Positions 38,875-49,647 are shown, counted from the stretch's first letter. The stretch: 64,000 nt of DNA from an uncultured Nitrospiraceae bacterium (GCA_963727775.1 CAVSHB010000002.1:288001-352000); one strand, 5' to 3'. Made by a program: numbers and translations. The notes: generated by a model from the sequence alone, not told the origin.

Positions 38875-39147
38875 TTATTTTACTGCGTCTTTGAGAGATT
38901 TGCCTGATGTAAACTTCGGTATCTTTGCGGCAGGAATGGTGATAACAGCCCCGGTCCTGGGATTACGGCCCTTCCTGGATTTTCTTTTCACGACCGAGAA
39001 GGTCCCGAACCCGACGAGAGTGACCTTCTGCCCTTTCTTTAACGCTGCCCTGATAGAAGTAAGAGTTGAATCCAGCGCTCTTGAGGCATCTGCCTTGCTC
39101 AACCCTGTGCCGGATGCGATCTTGTCAATAAGCTCCGCTTTTGTCAT
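38875..39147 (-). CDS. hup: HU DNA-binding protein
   Basis: MTKAELI..V.LVGFGTF..R..R.GRNP.TG. Confidence 0.97.
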   Translation of the reverse strand: MTKAELIDKIASGTGLSKADASRALDSTLTSIRAALKKGQKVTLVGFGTFSVVKRKSRKGRNPRTGAVITIPAAKIPKFTSGKSLKDAVK

Positions 39148-39509
39148 CTATTATTTCCCCCCTTTCATGGAAATAGAATTAGTTAATAATAATAAATAAT
39201 GCTGAGATAACAGTATCAAGGAAGAAATCCATTTGTCAAGCCAAAAATGAGCCTTTATTGTTAGAAAAACTCGTGCCAGATAATGGTTTGCGTCTGTACA
39301 TTTTTATGTGTGAGATTAAGCACGAGCATATTAAGGCGGTAAAAGCGATAGCCCCGTTTGTTCTGCGGCGACCAAAGGTTGATAAAATACTCAGGCATAT
39401 GATATCTTTAACAATATGCCGGCATCAGAGAGTCTCGTGTTAAAGCCCTAATACGCATTGGAAATTTATAAAATAAGACAAAAACTGATTTCGTAGTTTA
39501 TATTTTTAA

Positions 39510-40727
39510 ATGGCTAGCAATCAATTTCCTGTAATCATTTTCCCTAATAATCCGCGCAGTCCCGATATAGAAAAACCAGGCTTCAGCAGTGGTCTTTATC
39601 TGAAATCTGCCGCGTCAGTATGGTTAATTCTTTTGTCGGTGGTTTGTATCATGGTTTTTCTTGATCCTTTTGGACACACCGTTACTCCTGTTTATCACAT
39701 GGCGGTCGAGAAATGGCTTTCGAATGAATCTCTTTATTCCAGCAATGTGATGCACTATTTCCCGCAGTTTGTTTTTATGTTTATGCCGTTCCACCTTTGT
39801 CCGGTTCCTGTCGGTGACATCCTTTGGAGAATAATTTCTGTCGGATTATTAGCATGGAGCTTATGGAGGCTTGTCGGTCTTGAAGGTTCACCGAGAAACG
39901 CTGAGCTTTTTTTATATGTCTCTTTGCTTGCGATCGCGCCGTGTATCGGCGCAATACGGAACGGGCAGGCCAACGTTGTTTTCGCCGCCTTAACGATTCA
40001 TGCTGCTGTTTCGATTGCCCGGTCACAATGGTGGATTGCGACGGTTTGCCTTATTGTTGCTTTAATAAGCAAGCCTATTGGATTGGTAATGATGCTGCTT
40101 GCATCCGCGGTCTATCGGCCCCTCATCCCGAGACTCTGCATCGGCTTGGCTCTTTTTTTGTCGTTCCCTTTTTTCTTCGGCGGTCCTTTTTATGTATTCT
40201 CGCAGTATCAGCAATTTTATTATCATATGATTCAGTGTTCTCTTATCCTTAAACACATTTTCGCCGATCTTAACGGCCTCCTGAGATTTATCGGTATCGG
40301 CCTGCCGGGAAATGTTTCGCAAATCGTCCGGATTTGTGCCGGCATAGTAACATTGGGTCTGTGGTGGGTGGGGTCTGCCCGCACCAAAGAGCCTGAACGG
40401 GCATGGCTTCTCCTTGGCCTGACTACTGCCTATCTTATGCTTTTTAACCCAATGACCGAAGTGAACAGTTATGTCATCGTGGCGCCCGTCATTGCGTTTT
40501 ATGCAGTCCATTTTCTAAAGATCGAAGACAGTCCCGTACTCGGTTGGGGGTTAGCGCTGAGCGGACTTTCAATCGGCCTTTTACCTGAGATCTTCAGCCA
40601 TGCGGTCCGTGGATTCGGACTATTATGGGATCCGTTGATGGCGATTGTCTTTTTTGTTTTTTTAGTGTCTATGGTCTTATCAAAATGGTCACCGAAGAAA
40701 AAGTCTCTCCAGATACCTCTGCCTTAG
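39510..40727 (+). CDS. Glycosyltransferase family 87 (DUF2029) membrane protein
   Basis: Y.P.F..F.PF, NGQAN, KP, LFNPMTE.NSY; many transmembrane segments. Confidence 0.8.
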   Translation: MASNQFPVIIFPNNPRSPDIEKPGFSSGLYLKSAASVWLILLSVVCIMVFLDPFGHTVTPVYHMAVEKWLSNESLYSSNVMHYFPQFVFMFMPFHLCPVPVGDILWRIISVGLLAWSLWRLVGLEGSPRNAELFLYVSLLAIAPCIGAIRNGQANVVFAALTIHAAVSIARSQWWIATVCLIVALISKPIGLVMMLLASAVYRPLIPRLCIGLALFLSFPFFFGGPFYVFSQYQQFYYHMIQCSLILKHIFADLNGLLRFIGIGLPGNVSQIVRICAGIVTLGLWWVGSARTKEPERAWLLLGLTTAYLMLFNPMTEVNSYVIVAPVIAFYAVHFLKIEDSPVLGWGLALSGLSIGLLPEIFSHAVRGFGLLWDPLMAIVFFVFLVSMVLSKWSPKKKSLQIPLP

Positions 40728-40773
40728 GAAAAGACATCCTTTTTTTAAAAAACTGTCTTTTTCAGATCAACCC

Positions 40774-40929
40774 GAAAAATGCGGATATTGTTCACAAAAT
40801 TATTTAACTCGATAAATTTATATTGAGAATATAGTTATGTCGGTGATCATAAAAATATTCCTGGGGTCATACACATAAGGGTACACTTAGGTATCGAAAA
40901 ATAATTTTTTCACAACACCCGCATTTTTC
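40774..40929. repeat. MITE-like family 2, intact copy
   Basis: TIR GAAAAATGCGGATATTGT / ACAACACCCGCATTTTTC. Confidence 0.8.
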
Positions 40930-41039
40930 TAATCGCAGTTTATTAAGTCTATATATAGTAGCCCATCGATTCTATTCATACAGAATATTGATTCCAAAAT
41001 TTTTTTCTTGACATTCGATTTTAATATATATATATTGAT

Positions 41040-41065
41040 GTGGAGGAAAGTGGTAAAAGGTGGAG
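41040..41065 (+). promoter_or_regulatory. MraZ boxes
   Basis: GTGG at 41040, 41050, 41060 (10-bp period) upstream of mraZ; TTGACA at 41008. Confidence 0.75.
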
Positions 41066-41070
41066 GAGAA

Positions 41071-41523
41071 ATGTCTGCTTTCTCAGGTAAATATTACTAC
41101 ACGGTTGATCCAAAAGGAAGAATTATAATTCCCGCTCCTTTCAGGGAGATTATTACAAGTAATTATAGCGCAAAACTTTGTGTTACGAATGCGCCATTTG
41201 ATAAGTGTCTTTATATATATCCTATGGAGGAATGGAATAAGCTGCAGGATCAAGTGCGGACAAAGCCGAAATCTGATGAGGCGATAAGATTTTTCTTAAG
41301 GAGAGTAGTAGCATCAGCCATCGAAGTTGATATGGACAAACAAGGAAGGGTTCTCGTCCCTGCTGCCCTCAGGGAGGATGCGAATATCAATTCGAATGTT
41401 GTTATGGCCGGGCAGATAGAAAGGATTGAATTATGGGACAGAAGTGAGTGGGACTCCTTATTTGATCCTGCAAAGATAGATAGAAAAGCTATTGAAGAAA
41501 GACTTGCAACCCATGGTCTTTAA
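41071..41523 (+). CDS. mraZ: Transcriptional regulator MraZ
   Basis: DPKGR..IPA.FR and DKQGR..VP repeats. Confidence 0.95.
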   Translation: MSAFSGKYYYTVDPKGRIIIPAPFREIITSNYSAKLCVTNAPFDKCLYIYPMEEWNKLQDQVRTKPKSDEAIRFFLRRVVASAIEVDMDKQGRVLVPAALREDANINSNVVMAGQIERIELWDRSEWDSLFDPAKIDRKAIEERLATHGL

Positions 41524-41547
41524 GCTTATATAGACAGGAGATTAACT

Positions 41548-42423
41548 ATAGAGACTACGCATCTGCCGGTTATGCAGCACGAGGTGATTGAGATGCTTAA
41601 GCCCGGGCAGGGGGGAGTGTATGTAGATGCAACGATCGGAGCCGGGGGACATGCTGAAAAGATATTGGCCCGTATCGGTCCGGAAGGAAAACTCATCGGA
41701 ATAGACAGAGATGCTGATGCCCTGAAAATAACAGAAAGAAAGCTGTCGGATAAAAGGGTTGTTTTGAAAAGGGGGAGTTTTTCGGATATGGAAGGTCTGC
41801 TCCATGAAGAAAGGATATCCGTGGTTGACGGAATTCTTTTTGACCTTGGTGTATCAATGATGCAGTTAAAGGACCTTAACAGAGGATTTAGCTTTTCCTC
41901 TGTCGAACGTCTCGATATGAGAATGGATGAAAGGCAGAAGGTGTCCGCATGGGATGTCGTGAACAAATACCCGGAAAAAGAGCTTGAACGGATACTGAAA
42001 GATTTCGGTGAGGAGCACCTGTCAAGAAAGATAGCCAGGGCAATAATCATGGTAAGGGGTAAAAAACCGATTCAAACAGGCGTTGAACTGTCCAAAATCG
42101 TGGAAGGCGCTTATGGCGGAAGGGGGAGATTGCATCCCGCTACAAGGACATTCCAGGCATTGAGGATTGAGGTCAATAAAGAGCTTGACCAACTGACAAA
42201 AGGGCTTAAAGCGGCCCTGCGTCTCCTTAAGAAAGGCGGCAGGTTGTGCGTTATCGCATATCACTCCTTAGAGGACAGGGTTGTAAAGCACTTTCTGGCG
42301 GATTGCTCGAAAAGCGGTTTGATGAAGATAATCACGAAGAAGCCGATAACTCCGTTACTTGAAGAGCAAAGATTCAATCCCTCTTCAAGGAGCGCAAAAC
42401 TCAGAGCGGCGGAAAGGATATGA
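41548..42423 (+). CDS. rsmH: 16S rRNA m4C1402 methyltransferase (probable ATA start; first ATG 41572)
   Basis: HLPV, DAT.GAGGH, DLGVS, LDMRM, FQALRI.VN, HSLED, SRSAKLR. Confidence 0.93.
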   Translation: METTHLPVMQHEVIEMLKPGQGGVYVDATIGAGGHAEKILARIGPEGKLIGIDRDADALKITERKLSDKRVVLKRGSFSDMEGLLHEERISVVDGILFDLGVSMMQLKDLNRGFSFSSVERLDMRMDERQKVSAWDVVNKYPEKELERILKDFGEEHLSRKIARAIIMVRGKKPIQTGVELSKIVEGAYGGRGRLHPATRTFQALRIEVNKELDQLTKGLKAALRLLKKGGRLCVIAYHSLEDRVVKHFLADCSKSGLMKIITKKPITPLLEEQRFNPSSRSAKLRAAERI

Positions 42424-42767
42424 TGCGGAAAGGCATTCTGAGCATGTTGTCTTTCATCGTCAAACCTTGCCTGATCATCCTACTGATCTTTGGGGTATTC
42501 GGCGTTGTTTATATCAGGTCAAGCTTTTTGAGATTGGAATATAGCCTCGGTGAACTCGAAACAAAAAAGATGAATTATCTTAGGGAAAGAAAGATACTGC
42601 TTGCCGAAAAGATAAGCCTGCTGTCTTTTGCAAAATTTGAGGGGGATCAAAGGGGCAGCGACAGTTTTATCTTGCCTGACAGGATTAAGGTAATTCACGT
42701 AGATAGGCAGAAAAGATTTTTGCCTTATAAGGCCTCTCTGGAGAGAAAGCAATTGTCCGAACCTTAA
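42420..42767 (+). CDS. ftsL: FtsL-like cell division protein
   Basis: Single TM plus coiled coil between rsmH and ftsI. Confidence 0.6.
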   Translation: MMRKGILSMLSFIVKPCLIILLIFGVFGVVYIRSSFLRLEYSLGELETKKMNYLRERKILLAEKISLLSFAKFEGDQRGSDSFILPDRIKVIHVDRQKRFLPYKASLERKQLSEP

Positions 42768-42785
42768 AGAGACGGGGGTGGGGGG

Positions 42786-44486
42786 TTGAGTAAAAAAAGG
42801 GCGATCATCCTCAATACTGCAATAATCTTTAGTTTTATATTAATATCTCTGCGCCTTGTTGACCTGATGGTCATCAACCATAAGCGTTTGACGGATAAGG
42901 CGAACCAGCAGCATATAAAAGTTGAAGATATCCAGGTCAGAAGGGGGATAATATTCGACAGGCGCGGCAGGGAACTTGCGCTGAATCTCGACCTCGAATC
43001 TCTTTACGGTAACCCTGATAGCCTTAATCTTGACGATGAAGGAGTAAAAAAACTTGCATCGGTGATAGAAAAAAATCCCGGAGATATTATCTCAAAAATT
43101 CCTCAGGAAGGGAAATTTGTGTGGATAGAGAGGAAGCTCGATCCGGATATCGCAGATAAAGTAAAGGGGTTGGACATCGATGGATTGGGGTTTATGACGG
43201 AGGCAAAGAGATTTTATCCGAAAGGAGAACTCGCCTCTCATATCCTCGGGTTTGTCGGTGTTGACAATCAGGCGCTTGAAGGTGTCGAGTTAAAATATAA
43301 CAAATATCTTAAAACCACAGGCGGGAAAGTATTCCTGGAGAGGGACGCAAGCGGCAGGACATTGTCATCGGGAGTGAATACAGAGGCCAAGGGGAATAAC
43401 ATTGTGCTGACAATAGATGAAGTGTTGCAGCGCCTTGTTGAGAAGGAGCTCGATAAAGCCATGTCGCAATGGAGGGCTGCCGCCGCTTCAGTAATCATGA
43501 TGGACCCTTTTACAGGAGAGATACTCGCCCTTGCAAACAGGCCTGCATACGACCCGAACAAAGGGAGTAAAGCGGGCGCTAACGAGAAGCGGAACAGGGC
43601 CATTACCGATTGCTATGAGCCGGGATCGACATTCAAGATAATAATCGGCACAGGTTCACTCGAAGAGAACATAGTAAAACCGGGCACATTATTTGATGTC
43701 AGCAGGGGAGGGATAGACGTCGGAGGGAAGACTATCCGGGATGTCCACAAGCACGGAGTCCTTACTTTTAAGGAGGTCATCCAGAAATCTTCGAATGTAG
43801 GTTCAATCATGATCGGCATGAAGCTCGGTAGGGAAAGGGTTTACAAATATGCAAAGCTGTTGGGTATCGGCGAAAAGACAGGAATAGACCTTGTGGGTGA
43901 GGTTTCAGGCTGGATACATTCGCCTGAAAGGTGGTCGAGTACATCCATCGGCGCAATACCTATCGGGCAGGAGGTCGCTGTGACACCTTTACAGATTCTA
44001 AGAGCTTATTCAGCGGTTGCCAATGGCGGGTTTCTTGTCAGGCCGCATGTTGTGACCGAGATAATCTCACCTGAGGGACAGATTATCGCGTCAATGAAGG
44101 ACAAAGAAATGAAACGGGTTCTTTCTGCAAAAACTGCGGAAACCTTTAAAGATATATTAAAAAGCGTTACAGAAGAAGGCGGGACAGGAAAGGGCGCAGC
44201 GGTAGAAGGGAATGAGGTGGCCGGCAAAACAGGCACCGCGCAGATAATAAACCCCTTAACAAAAAGGTATTCGAAAGAAAAGTATGTCAGCTCGTTTGTG
44301 GGGTTTGTGCCGGCCGACAAACCGAGGTTTGCAATAATCGTCGTCGTTTATGAGCCGAAAGGCGCGATTTATGGCGGCGCGGTGGCCGCGCCTGTCTTCA
44401 AGGAGATTGCGAGCCAATCATTGTCGTATCTTGATGTGCCGATGGAAGACAATCGTTCCCGCAATCCTTTGATGGTTTTGAGATGA
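42786..44486 (+). CDS. ftsI: Class B penicillin-binding protein (PBP3)
   Basis: RG.I.DR.G, R.YP.G, EPGSTFK, SSN, KTG. Confidence 0.93.
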   Translation: MSKKRAIILNTAIIFSFILISLRLVDLMVINHKRLTDKANQQHIKVEDIQVRRGIIFDRRGRELALNLDLESLYGNPDSLNLDDEGVKKLASVIEKNPGDIISKIPQEGKFVWIERKLDPDIADKVKGLDIDGLGFMTEAKRFYPKGELASHILGFVGVDNQALEGVELKYNKYLKTTGGKVFLERDASGRTLSSGVNTEAKGNNIVLTIDEVLQRLVEKELDKAMSQWRAAAASVIMMDPFTGEILALANRPAYDPNKGSKAGANEKRNRAITDCYEPGSTFKIIIGTGSLEENIVKPGTLFDVSRGGIDVGGKTIRDVHKHGVLTFKEVIQKSSNVGSIMIGMKLGRERVYKYAKLLGIGEKTGIDLVGEVSGWIHSPERWSSTSIGAIPIGQEVAVTPLQILRAYSAVANGGFLVRPHVVTEIISPEGQIIASMKDKEMKRVLSAKTAETFKDILKSVTEEGGTGKGAAVEGNEVAGKTGTAQIINPLTKRYSKEKYVSSFVGFVPADKPRFAIIVVVYEPKGAIYGGAVAAPVFKEIASQSLSYLDVPMEDNRSRNPLMVLR

Positions 44487-46078
44487 TGCTGAAACAGATA
44501 CTCGATGATTGTCGTTATATGAGTAATAATATAGATATGGAGAGAGATATATCAGGGATAGCGTATGATTCACGAAACGTTAAGGATGGATATCTTTTCG
44601 TCGCGATAAAAGGAGAAAAGGTTGACGGGCACGATTTTATCAAAGACGCGGGAGAAAGGGGCGCGGTCGCGGTAGTGTGCGAGCGCAATTATGCAAAATA
44701 CAACCTGTCTCAATCGGAGATGAACGAGGAAAGTAATTCGGAATTCTCTTTAATACACGTCGATAACAGCAGGATAGCGCTGGCATGCATAGCGAATAAT
44801 TTTTACGAAAGACCGTCGGAGAAATTGACGTTAATAGGCATAACCGGTACAAACGGAAAGACGACGACCACATATCTGCTGAAGTCTATTCTTGAATCAT
44901 GGGGGCGGCATGTTGGACTCATCGGCACTATTCAATATATGATAAAAGATAGGGTCTGCCCCGCGCTCCATACAACACCTGAATCCCTCGAGTTTCAGTG
45001 TCTTTTAAGGGAGATGTTTTTATCGGGATGTACTCATGTTATCTCAGAGGTCTCTTCTCACGCCCTTGCGCAGCATAGGGCGGACAGAGCTGTCTTCCAT
45101 ACGGCAGTGTTTACTAATCTTACAAGGGACCATCTGGATTTTCATAAAACAATGGAGGATTACTTTAAGGTAAAAGAGAGGCTGTTTACAGAACTTCTCG
45201 ATGATAAAGGTACGGTTGTCCTCAATGCGGATGACCCCTACGGGAGGAGACTGGGTTCTGAGCTGAAAACCGCCGGCAATGGCTATAAAAATATATTGAC
45301 ATACGGCCTTGGGAAAGGGGCGGATATCGCTGCCGGAGATATTGGCAACTCAATCCTGGGGTTGAGATTTAAGCTCTCGTTTAATGGGGAAAACTTTTAT
45401 ATTACATCTCCGCTGATGGGACTCCCTAATGTATATAACATATTGTCTGCGGTGGGGGCCTCGATATCATTGGGTGTGTCCTGGCAGGCAATTCTTGAAG
45501 GCATTGCAAAAACGGGAAATATACCGGGCAGGTTTGAAAGGGTTGATATAGGACAAAGCTTTTTATGCGTTATTGATTATGCTCATACTGAAGATGCGCT
45601 CGAAAGGCTGATATCTACCGCAAGGGAGCTGATTGCGTCCTCCCATCCCCACCTTACTAAGGGGGGGTATGAGGGGGGTGAGTACTCCACGGTAGCCGCT
45701 CGTCATCCCCGGCTCATCACCGTATTCGGCTGCGGGGGAGACAGGGACCGGGGCAAGAGGCCTGTGATGGGAGCGATTGCAACGAGGCTCAGTGACGTTG
45801 TGATTATCACCTCTGATAATCCGAGGTCTGAAGAACCGACAGCAATCATTAAGGATATCGAAGAAGGGACGATAAGGAAAAACTATATCATAGAGACTGA
45901 CAGAAGACAGGCCATTGTGAAGGCAGTTGAAACGGCTGATGACGGCGACCTCATTCTCATCGCAGGGAAAGGGCATGAAGATTATCAGGAGATAAAAGGC
46001 GTCAGGTTTCATTTCAGCGACAGGGATGAGCTGACAAAGGCAATCAAAGATAAATTAAGAATTGATAATACTCAATGA
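44483..46078 (+). CDS. murE: UDP-MurNAc-tripeptide synthetase
   Basis: GTNGKTT, EVSSH, DYAH, FGCGGDRD, DNPR (mDAP), AGKGHE. Confidence 0.96.
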   Translation: MMLKQILDDCRYMSNNIDMERDISGIAYDSRNVKDGYLFVAIKGEKVDGHDFIKDAGERGAVAVVCERNYAKYNLSQSEMNEESNSEFSLIHVDNSRIALACIANNFYERPSEKLTLIGITGTNGKTTTTYLLKSILESWGRHVGLIGTIQYMIKDRVCPALHTTPESLEFQCLLREMFLSGCTHVISEVSSHALAQHRADRAVFHTAVFTNLTRDHLDFHKTMEDYFKVKERLFTELLDDKGTVVLNADDPYGRRLGSELKTAGNGYKNILTYGLGKGADIAAGDIGNSILGLRFKLSFNGENFYITSPLMGLPNVYNILSAVGASISLGVSWQAILEGIAKTGNIPGRFERVDIGQSFLCVIDYAHTEDALERLISTARELIASSHPHLTKGGYEGGEYSTVAARHPRLITVFGCGGDRDRGKRPVMGAIATRLSDVVIITSDNPRSEEPTAIIKDIEEGTIRKNYIIETDRRQAIVKAVETADDGDLILIAGKGHEDYQEIKGVRFHFSDRDELTKAIKDKLRIDNTQ

Positions 46079-47454
46079 ATACTTTGGAATGCAGTAAAAC
46101 AGATAGTACGGACATGTTAAAAACCGAAGACATTATAGAGGCAACGGGCGGTAATGTCATTTATGGAAATGCAAGGCCTTTTACAGGGGTTTGCATAGAT
46201 TCAAGGCAAATAAAGGAAGACGAGCTGTTCATAGCGCTTAAAGGTGACAGATTCGATGGACATGATTTCCTCACGGAGGCATTGGAGAAAGGAAGTGGCG
46301 CTATCGTAAGCCTTCACGCAGTGAAACCTGTCAGGGATAAAACGATATTCCGTGTGAACAATACATTAAAGGCATTGCAGGATTTAGCGCGTTTTATGCG
46401 TTTCCGAAAGGATGTCCCGGTTGTTGCTATAACCGGTTCGAACGGAAAGACAACGACAAAGGAGTTGGTCGCTTCAATCCTTGCGAAGAAATATCGGGTA
46501 TTGAAGAATACAGGGAATCTGAATAACCATATCGGTCTTCCTTTGACTCTGACAAAGATAAGCGATGAGGACGAAGTTGTTGTACTTGAGATGGGTGCGA
46601 GCGGACCCGGTGAAATCAAGGAACTCTGCAGGATAGCGGCCCCTGATTACGGAATCTTGACGAATATAAGCCGTGCCCATCTTCAGGGATTTAAGGATAT
46701 TGAAACAATAAGAAAGACGAAGCTGGAACTTATAGACACTGTGAAGACGGCTATTGTTAATGCGGATGATATTTTTATGATGGAAGGAGTTCATGCGTCA
46801 GGGTTTAGAGGTTTGCTAATCAGATACGGGATAAAAAACCCTGCGGAGATCAGTGCCGCTGATATAAAACTGTATGATAGAGGTTCAAGCTTTACATTGC
46901 ATACCGCCGGGGATAAGTCTGTGGCAGTCAACTCAAAGGTATCGGGGATGTTTAATATTTACAACATCCTCGCAGCTGCTTCAGTCGGCCATCTCATGAA
47001 CATTGACCCAACGGATTTGAAGGATGCGATCGACTCTTTCACAGGCGTTCCGATGAGGCTTGAGCTAATAGAATTGAATGGGATTAAGGTGATTAGTGAC
47101 GTCTATAATGCCAACCCTGCGTCAATGGAAGAAGCTGTGAAAGAGCTTGTCAGAATAAAGAAAGGAAGGGCAATCGCTGTCCTTGGAGATATGCTGGAGC
47201 TCGGACCATATGAAGAGGAGGCCCACAGAAAAATCGGCATCTTGATGTCGGAGCTTCCGGTTGACATCTTTATTGCAGTGGGACATCGTATGGCATTCGC
47301 CGCGTCTGAATTTAAGGGGGAGGTTCATAAACTGAATACCTCAACGGAAGCAGGAAGGATGTTAAAAGATCTTGATAAAAAGGGAGATACGGTTCTAATA
47401 AAGGGATCGAGGGGAATGAACATGGAAAAGGTTCTGGAGGAATATGCTCTATAG
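46075..47454 (+). CDS. murF: UDP-MurNAc-pentapeptide synthetase
   Basis: TGSNGKTTTK, NN.IG.P, YNANP.SM, GDMLELG, KGSRG. Confidence 0.96.
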   Translation: MNTLECSKTDSTDMLKTEDIIEATGGNVIYGNARPFTGVCIDSRQIKEDELFIALKGDRFDGHDFLTEALEKGSGAIVSLHAVKPVRDKTIFRVNNTLKALQDLARFMRFRKDVPVVAITGSNGKTTTKELVASILAKKYRVLKNTGNLNNHIGLPLTLTKISDEDEVVVLEMGASGPGEIKELCRIAAPDYGILTNISRAHLQGFKDIETIRKTKLELIDTVKTAIVNADDIFMMEGVHASGFRGLLIRYGIKNPAEISAADIKLYDRGSSFTLHTAGDKSVAVNSKVSGMFNIYNILAAASVGHLMNIDPTDLKDAIDSFTGVPMRLELIELNGIKVISDVYNANPASMEEAVKELVRIKKGRAIAVLGDMLELGPYEEEAHRKIGILMSELPVDIFIAVGHRMAFAASEFKGEVHKLNTSTEAGRMLKDLDKKGDTVLIKGSRGMNMEKVLEEYAL

Positions 47455-48526
47455 CCTTTTATATGGCCTGCATGATTGGTTTTCGCCCCTGAATGTCTTC
47501 AGATATATAACATTCAGGACATCGTTGGCTATTATTACAGCGATGCTTTTTGCTTTGTTGCTGGGGCCTCGGATAATCGGTAAACTCAAGAAATTGAGCT
47601 TGACCCAGCATATACGCGATGACGGCCCCAAGGCCCATATGGGCAAAGAAGGCACGCCTACCATGGGGGGGCTTCTTATTATCCTCTGTATCCTCCTCTC
47701 TATACTGATGTGGGGTGACCTCAGAAATATCTATATCTGGGTAATGATTATTCCATTGATAGGGTTTGGGGGAATAGGTTTTCTTGATGATTATCTGAAA
47801 ATTGCGAGGAACAGCCACAAAGGTCTCAGGGCTTATCAAAAATTCGGACTTCAGATAGTCCTTGCTGTGCTTATTGGACTATTCCTTTACATGAACCCCA
47901 AAGACCCCTATGCAGATGTGCTGAGCATCCCTTTTTTTAAGAAATGGCTCGTTGATCTTGGACTGCTCTATATACCTTTTTCGGTGGTGGTCATGGTAGG
48001 TTCATCAAATGCCGTTAACCTCACCGACGGTATAGACGGGCTTGCGATCGGTCTTGTCGCTGTAGCGGTCCTGGCCAATGGGGTACTTGTTTATATATCC
48101 GGGAATAAGGTATTGGCACAGTATCTCCAGGTTTTGTATCTGTCCGGTACCGGGGAGCTTACGGTTTTTTGCGGCGCAATGTTCGGGGCCGCGCTGGGGT
48201 TCCTATGGTTCAACTCTTATCCGGCAGATGTTTTTATGGGCGATGTGGGGTCTCTCGCGCTTGGCGGTACACTCGGTACCCTTGCTGTAATAACTAAGCA
48301 CGAGATAGTTTTGGCCATTGTCGGCGGTATCTTTGTTATCGAGACAATCTCCGTAATGGTGCAGGTGGCATCCTTCAAGCTTACAGGAAAAAGGGTTTTC
48401 AGAATGGCGCCCATCCATCACCATTTTGAGTTGAAGGGCTGGCCTGAGCCGAAGGTAATCATAAGGTTCTGGATAATCGGAATCATGCTTGCTCTCTTGA
48501 GCCTGGCAACTTTAAAAGTGAGGTGA
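47444..48526 (+). CDS. mraY: Phospho-MurNAc-pentapeptide transferase
   Basis: TPTMGG, NAVNLTDG.DGL, FMGD.GS, APIHHHFE. Confidence 0.97.
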   Translation: MLYSLLYGLHDWFSPLNVFRYITFRTSLAIITAMLFALLLGPRIIGKLKKLSLTQHIRDDGPKAHMGKEGTPTMGGLLIILCILLSILMWGDLRNIYIWVMIIPLIGFGGIGFLDDYLKIARNSHKGLRAYQKFGLQIVLAVLIGLFLYMNPKDPYADVLSIPFFKKWLVDLGLLYIPFSVVVMVGSSNAVNLTDGIDGLAIGLVAVAVLANGVLVYISGNKVLAQYLQVLYLSGTGELTVFCGAMFGAALGFLWFNSYPADVFMGDVGSLALGGTLGTLAVITKHEIVLAIVGGIFVIETISVMVQVASFKLTGKRVFRMAPIHHHFELKGWPEPKVIIRFWIIGIMLALLSLATLKVR

Positions 48527-49647
48527 TTATGAACAAAAGTATACAGAATATAGCAGTCCGTAGAAAGGGAAAGAATAAAAGGTATTTATTTATTTTCCTG
48601 TTTGCTGTCTGCTGTTTGCTGCCTGCCGGCTCTTTCGCTGGTGAGATTCGGTCCCGTGCCGCTGTAGCGATAGATGTGTCAACGGGGAAGACCCTTTACG
48701 CAAAAAACCCTGATCTCAGATGCGCTCCGGCGAGCACAACAAAACTGATGACCGCAATAGTCGCGATAGAAAATGCTGACTTTAAGGATGTTGTTACGAT
48801 AAGCAGGAATGCGTCTCTCGTCTCCCCCCATAAGGCGGGGTTTAAAGCCGGCGATAAGGTAACGATAGAGAAGCTCTTGTATGCTGCGCTTATCGGCTCT
48901 GCGAACGATGCAGCCGTTGCTCTTGCAGAAGGGGTTGCCGGCTCCGAGGCTGAATTTGTCGAACTCATGAACAGAAAGGCCGCGACAATCGGTGCAAGGA
49001 ATACGAGATTCATAAATCCTAACGGGCTTCCGGGACCCGGACAATATACCACTGCGTCAGATTTATCAAAGATAATGAATTATGCGCTCAGATATCCAAA
49101 GCTGAGGGAGATCATAGGGACCCGCGTTGCGGAGATCTCGACACAGAGCGGTAAAACCATATTTTTGAAGAACACGAACAGGCTTTTATGGTCCGATGAA
49201 GAACTTGTTGGAGGAAAGACGGGATATACACGAAAAGCAAGACACTGCTTTGTATGCGCTGCCGAACGCGACAAAGATACGGTCATTGTCGCAATTCTCG
49301 GCAGTCCGAGCAGGGATGAACTCTGGAAAGAGTCGGAAACACTTATCGGGAAGGGATTTGAAGTAAAAGGAAACAGGGAGAACCCGGTTGTTTATGTTAC
49401 ACAGATAGACAGCGATTCATTTGATTCAGAGAAAGCATCCTTCAAGAAAAGGTCAAAAATCAAAGGTCAAAAATCAAAAATACACAAGGGTAAAAGATAT
49501 ATAGCACAGAAGGCTGGAAAACATAAGAAGGCAACGGCATTGGCAAAGAGCAAGTGTAAAGCAAAGATATATGCAAAATGCAAGAGCACTAAAAGGAAGA
49601 ATTACAGGGTTGCAAAGAAAGGCGCAATTGAAAGAAGTGAAGGGTAA
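48523..49647 (+). CDS. Peptidase S11 D-Ala-D-Ala carboxypeptidase with Lys-rich tail
   Basis: PASTTKLMTA (SxxK), SAN, NPNGL, KTG. Confidence 0.9.
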   Translation: MIMNKSIQNIAVRRKGKNKRYLFIFLFAVCCLLPAGSFAGEIRSRAAVAIDVSTGKTLYAKNPDLRCAPASTTKLMTAIVAIENADFKDVVTISRNASLVSPHKAGFKAGDKVTIEKLLYAALIGSANDAAVALAEGVAGSEAEFVELMNRKAATIGARNTRFINPNGLPGPGQYTTASDLSKIMNYALRYPKLREIIGTRVAEISTQSGKTIFLKNTNRLLWSDEELVGGKTGYTRKARHCFVCAAERDKDTVIVAILGSPSRDELWKESETLIGKGFEVKGNRENPVVYVTQIDSDSFDSEKASFKKRSKIKGQKSKIHKGKRYIAQKAGKHKKATALAKSKCKAKIYAKCKSTKRKNYRVAKKGAIERSEG

